A stretch of DNA of 49,872 nucleotides from Euryarchaeota archaeon SCGC AAA252-I15 (GTDB taxonomy: Archaea > Altiarchaeota > Altiarchaeia > IMC4 > SCGC-AAA252-I15): contig AQSC01000058.1 of assembly GCA_000402775.1 (NCBI GenBank), positions 1 to 49,872 of the forward strand, read 5' to 3'. Under the pieces are notes generated by a model. It was not told the origin of the DNA. It did not search any database and was given only the letters and a program-made list of their open reading frames with translations. The position numbers were made by a program, and so were the translations under genes. Position 1 is the stretch's first letter. Each line of letters begins with the position of its first letter. Shown in pieces: positions 46,538 through 49,872 of this stretch.

Positions 46538-46911
46538 TCTTCAACCTCCAGCCTCGAAAGTCTCCCTTCAACAAAATTTGTAATATTTTCCCCCGAAGTT
46601 AATCCTCTCGGCCGATACAACTCTACAGCATGTTCAAATGAAACGAGCAGTGACACCAAAAGTGACGCTAAAGTCTCAGCCGTATAGTACCCGTAACTGA
46701 ATGTCTTGTCCGGCTTTCTCTCTGAAATCTTAAGCCCGGACCAGACGGCTAGACTACTGGCAACGTCAGTCAGTGAATGCAGTGCGCCGGCAGTCAAAGC
46801 AATGCTGCCAGACGCTAACCCAACACTTCCTTTCACCAGCGTTAAAAGAAAGAGTGTGACTGCGGAGTTTCCCGCCGCGAGTTTTCCATACATTATTCTC
46901 TCAGTACTCAT
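46534..46911 (-). pseudogene. Internally deleted cation diffusion facilitator (CDF)
   Basis: TM1-TM3 motifs (GSIALTAGALHSLTD, SYGYY) followed by a NifX-like C-terminal tail; only 125 aa. Confidence 0.7.
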
Positions 46912-46914
46912 GCT

Positions 46915-47316
46915 TTATTTCCCACACTCTTTTTTTCCATGCAATTGACTTCTGAAGGCATGCTGACTGCACGCCGTATCCTCCGTCGCAGGCGTCAGTG
47001 AACCATTCTTCCACTGCTCTAACGCATCCTTCACAGTCCCTAATGCTTCACAGTAGACTTGAATTCCCTTCTCAGAAAACATCTGTATCGCTCTTCTCCC
47101 AAGCCCCCGACACAACAGGATTTCAACTCCGACGCCGGCAAGCATTTCAGGGGGATAACCTTGGCCGCCCATGTGATGACTTGCATTAGAGATGACTTCA
47201 ACTACCCCCGTTTCATCATCAATTAAGGTGTACGTAAGCACCCGCCCGAAATGCTCACCAACCTGCTCACCCAACCCTTTATCCCCGTCTGTCGGAACTG
47301 CGATTTTCATCCTCAC
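46915..47316 (-). CDS. NifB/NifX (Nitro_FeMo-Co) family protein
   Basis: KIAVPT, HFGR, GLGRRA. Confidence 0.9.
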   Translation of the reverse strand: MRMKIAVPTDGDKGLGEQVGEHFGRVLTYTLIDDETGVVEVISNASHHMGGQGYPPEMLAGVGVEILLCRGLGRRAIQMFSEKGIQVYCEALGTVKDALEQWKNGSLTPATEDTACSQHAFRSQLHGKKECGK

Positions 47317-47774
47317 CCACCCCCTCTTCTTCCACGACCCTGGCCGCCTCCACGACCTTGCCCTCTACCGAATCCTCCTATTCCGCCTGATCCCCCGCGC
47401 CCCATGCCAAAGTGGTCTCCAACTGTCGGGTCTGCTATAGGCTGTAGCTTACCCTTAAGGTATTTTGATACCACCTCCCCGACATTCCCCTGCTCCAAGA
47501 TCATCTTAACTCCCATCGGGCTTAACACCGCCACGGCATTGGGGCCGAAGTTGCCTGCAATAACCGCTTCCGCGCTTAAGCTTCCCACGAATTGTGCCGC
47601 CTGTATGCCCGCTCCACCAGTTGCTGAGAATCCCGGGTTTTCTTCCACTGTAGAATTCTTTATTTCATTATCCTCGCATTCCACCACAGTATATGTCGGG
47701 CACCTCCCGAACACTGGCGAAACCGCGTCATCTAATCCCCCATTATTCGTTGCTACAACAATCTTCATTTTCAA
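47313..47774 (-). CDS. NifB/NifX family protein with a Gly/Arg-rich tail
   Basis: VFGRCP, GGAGIQAAQ, GNFGPNA, GMGRGG...GRGRRGGG. Confidence 0.9.
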   Translation of the reverse strand: MKMKIVVATNNGGLDDAVSPVFGRCPTYTVVECEDNEIKNSTVEENPGFSATGGAGIQAAQFVGSLSAEAVIAGNFGPNAVAVLSPMGVKMILEQGNVGEVVSKYLKGKLQPIADPTVGDHFGMGRGGSGGIGGFGRGQGRGGGQGRGRRGGG

Positions 47775-48025
47775 TCATGCTCCTCAAACATTTTATCCTG
47801 TGTTGGATCGTTTTTCCTAATCCACTCGATCAACATCGCAGCGTGCTCTTTCTCCTCATCCCTATTGTGCTCCAGAATCTTTTTCAACTCAGTGTTTTTG
47901 GTTGATTCAAACCTCTCTTGATACCAGTTTATGGCTTCCAATTCTTCTATAAGGCTTTGACGAGCCCTCTCCAAATCAAGTGTTTCATCCGAAAGATTCT
48001 CCCTTCCTTCATGTTCTCCAGTCAT
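47771..48025 (-). CDS. Encapsulated-ferritin-like (EncFtn/Flp) protein
   Basis: SLIEELEAINWYQER...EHNRDEEKEHAAMLIEWIR. Confidence 0.88.
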   Translation of the reverse strand: MTGEHEGRENLSDETLDLERARQSLIEELEAINWYQERFESTKNTELKKILEHNRDEEKEHAAMLIEWIRKNDPTQDKMFEEHD

Positions 48026-48050
48026 TTTTTATGCACCTCACTTAATGTGT

Positions 48051-48365
48051 TCATCTTAAATCGTCTTTTTTTCTTCCCTTACCCCAAAGCCAGTCTTCCT
48101 CATAGTTTCTTTTGAAGACCTCGTCAGGGTATTGCATCAACACGTCTTTCTCCCTGAATGAGTAGCTGTAGTCTTGAACGTATTGCATTATCGTTTCGTA
48201 CGCCTGATTTATTTCCGGCATCCTCTCTCCCTTCCCTCCCCCGTCAGGGTGGTGTTTTTTTACAAGATTCTTGTAGGTGTCCTTAACCTCCTTAATTGTT
48301 GCCTCCTCACTCAAACCGAGCACCCTGCGGGCGCCTTCTATTTTCTCCACCTTTGTTTTCCTCAT
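48051..48365 (-). CDS. Small J-domain protein
   Basis: VLGL...YKNLVKKHHPD...INQAYE. Confidence 0.85.
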   Translation of the reverse strand: MRKTKVEKIEGARRVLGLSEEATIKEVKDTYKNLVKKHHPDGGGKGERMPEINQAYETIMQYVQDYSYSFREKDVLMQYPDEVFKRNYEEDWLWGKGRKKDDLR

Positions 48366-48985
48366 TTTAATGTGCCCTTTACCGCGTAGATGCTTGCGGT
48401 TTTAGGGTTGTCTGAGTCGAACACACTTTCGTCTTTTACGCCAAGAAAATACTCTCCCTGCGTGTTAAATTTCCCTTCCAAGTAGTCTACTATGGGCGTG
48501 AAATCCGTGTGTTTCAAATTTCTTGCAGTATAGCCTCCTCTCGTAAGCATGCCCTGAAAGTGGTGGGAATGTGGATTGCATAATAGGGCGACAAATTTCC
48601 CTTTAGGACGCAAGACTCGCGCCCATTCGTCCACAGCCCTGAAAGGATCGTCCATGAAACAAAGTGTTGCAACTGAAAACAAGCCGTCGAAACTTCCCTC
48701 TTGGAAGGGGAGTTTTTCAGCGTTGGATACTCTGAACTCATTTCCCGCGATCGACTGTGCAGCCGCGATCATAACCGAGTCAGCATCCAATCCGACGATA
48801 TCCAAGTCAGAAAGCTCTTTCTCGAAGACCCCGGGACCACAGCCCACATCCAATATCTTATCGCAGTCTGAAAGGAAGCTTCTGATGTATTCCGCCTCTC
48901 TTCGAAGTATCTTTCTACCAAAGTCTGTCTCATAGAACCTAAGATAATCATGTACCTCCGGCGGTATTTCTCCTTCAGTCATCAT
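48362..48985 (-). CDS. Class I SAM-dependent methyltransferase
   Basis: ILDVGCGPG, AEKLPF...FD, RVLRPKG. Confidence 0.92.
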   Translation of the reverse strand: MMTEGEIPPEVHDYLRFYETDFGRKILRREAEYIRSFLSDCDKILDVGCGPGVFEKELSDLDIVGLDADSVMIAAAQSIAGNEFRVSNAEKLPFQEGSFDGLFSVATLCFMDDPFRAVDEWARVLRPKGKFVALLCNPHSHHFQGMLTRGGYTARNLKHTDFTPIVDYLEGKFNTQGEYFLGVKDESVFDSDNPKTASIYAVKGTLK

Positions 48986-48994
48986 ATCGCTGAA

Positions 48995-49192
48995 TTAACC
49001 TCCCCTCACCATTTTCGTCTTGCATTTCGGACACGTCATACTCGCACAGGGTGTGCCTCTTGTGTGTGGCTTACTGAACCCACATTGCGGGCATACGCAC
49101 GTCTTTGGGCCTCCAGGACCTCCTCCCCCCATCAAACCTCTACCGCCTCTACCAGGTCCCACACGGGGGCCGGTTCCGTCTCCAATTGGCAT
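48995..49192 (-). CDS. Gly-rich (DUF5320-like) plus Zn-ribbon small protein
   Basis: MPIGDGTGP...CVCPQCG...PCASMTCPKC. Confidence 0.85.
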   Translation of the reverse strand: MPIGDGTGPRVGPGRGGRGLMGGGGPGGPKTCVCPQCGFSKPHTRGTPCASMTCPKCKTKMVRGG

Positions 49193-49221
49193 CTTTCATT
49201 CACCTCAATATTTCAGTTCAG

Positions 49222-49392
49222 TCATAAGGAATTTAGGGCCGCCCTCAACTTCTCAAACTGGTTTTTATCCAAACGGCATACTCCGATTCCTTCCTTGTTT
49301 TCGCCTATTATGGCGCTGCCGTCGTCGTTCACAACCAACTGGAGACAGTTTGGGTTAGGCCCATATTCACTACATAATGTAATAGCCTTCAT
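49222..49392 (-). CDS. Small hypothetical protein (56 aa)
   Basis: Hand-translated: MKAITLCSEYGPNPNCLQLVVNDDGSAIIGENKEGIGVCRLDKNQFEKLRAALNSL. Starts 3 bp after the mrp stop and fills the operon gap. Confidence 0.65.
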   Translation of the reverse strand: MKAITLCSEYGPNPNCLQLVVNDDGSAIIGENKEGIGVCRLDKNQFEKLRAALNSL

Positions 49393-49395
49393 TTT

Positions 49396-49872
49396 TCATT
49401 CACCCCTTTTTTTTATTAGGGTTGAAGTCATATCTTCTACAATTTTTTGGAGTGCCTTCGCCGCTTTCGTATCTTCATAATCGAAGATAAACGGTTTTCC
49501 CGCGTCACTTGCAGACACGATCTCCGGTTCTATTGGTATTCTCCCAAGGAAAGTTACTCCAAGTTCCATAGCGGCTTTCTCTCCCCCACCCTTGCCAAAC
49601 AGGTTGATTTGCCCTCCGCAATGAGGGCAATCCAGACCAGACATGTTCTCGATTATACCCAACACTGGGAGATTTACCTTTCTCGTGAAACTAACCGCCT
49701 TCCTTGAATCTAATACGGCAACATCCTGTGGAGTCGTTACAATGATCGCACCATCCATGTCTGGTATAAGCTGTGCCATGCTCAAGGCTTCATCTCCCGT
49801 GCCGGGTGGCAAGTCAATGATCAGGTAATCTAGCTTGCCCCACTTGGTGTCCGCGAGGAACTGGAGTATGAC
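49396..49872 (-). CDS. mrp: Mrp/NBP35 Fe-S carrier ATPase (5' end outside the window)
   Basis: DLPPGTGDE, VTTPQDVA, GIIENMSG, CPHC, FGKGGG. Confidence 0.93.
   Translation of the reverse strand, partial: VILQFLADTKWGKLDYLIIDLPPGTGDEALSMAQLIPDMDGAIIVTTPQDVAVLDSRKAVSFTRKVNLPVLGIIENMSGLDCPHCGGQINLFGKGGGEKAAMELGVTFLGRIPIEPEIVSASDAGKPFIFDYEDTKAAKALQKIVEDMTSTLIKKRGE

Noticed and set aside
933-49828. Many antisense or overlapping ORFs in the track (e.g. 1676-2515, 4284-5057, 6572-7111, 33281-33748, 47251-47820, 48950-49480)
   Set aside because: They shadow well-supported genes on the opposite strand or frame and have no family motifs.
1-49872. CRISPR array, cas genes, transposase or integrase
   Set aside because: No regularly spaced repeat-spacer units, and no ORF with recognisable Cas, DDE, HUH or tyrosine/serine recombinase motifs.

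Overview
Archaeal DNA: the tRNAs carry bulge-helix-bulge (BHB) introns, ftr is present, and promoters are BRE/TATA type. The gene content would fit an Altiarchaeota/DPANN-like anaerobe, but that is inference. From left to right: an rnfCDG operon divergent from nfnAB; a defence islet (type IIG-like restriction-modification (RM) gene, HEPN-motif protein, Zn-ribbon ORF, truncated Bro-N); glutamate synthase FMN subunit and glutamate dehydrogenase; an orphan B12 radical SAM; a citG-like/ftr/DUF371/TadA/THUMP operon; an intron-containing tRNA-Tyr; secreted surface proteins; a tRNA-Asn locus; an ArsR-controlled arsEFG-like module; and a long co-directional thioredoxin/MinD-4Fe4S/ZIP/NifX/ferritin-like/Mrp operon. 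The most unusual part is the tRNA-Asn locus. (i) The only clear promoter sits about 350 nt upstream, in front of a densely structured leader holding two extra copies of the tRNA 5' end and a perfect four-way junction. (ii) The tRNA has a 120-nt structured intron. (iii) Downstream, five copies of the tRNA 3' end, each in a hairpin-forming context, cut about 10.4 kb into cargo cassettes (surface protein; AbiE-like toxin-antitoxin (TA) pair plus nuclease-helicase; RelE TA; near-empty cassette; ars module). Two junctions share a 95-bp element with compensatory base changes, and no integrase is present in the window. This looks like a tRNA-anchored, integron/pdif-like cassette array. All folds and alignments were done by eye; no database searches were run.
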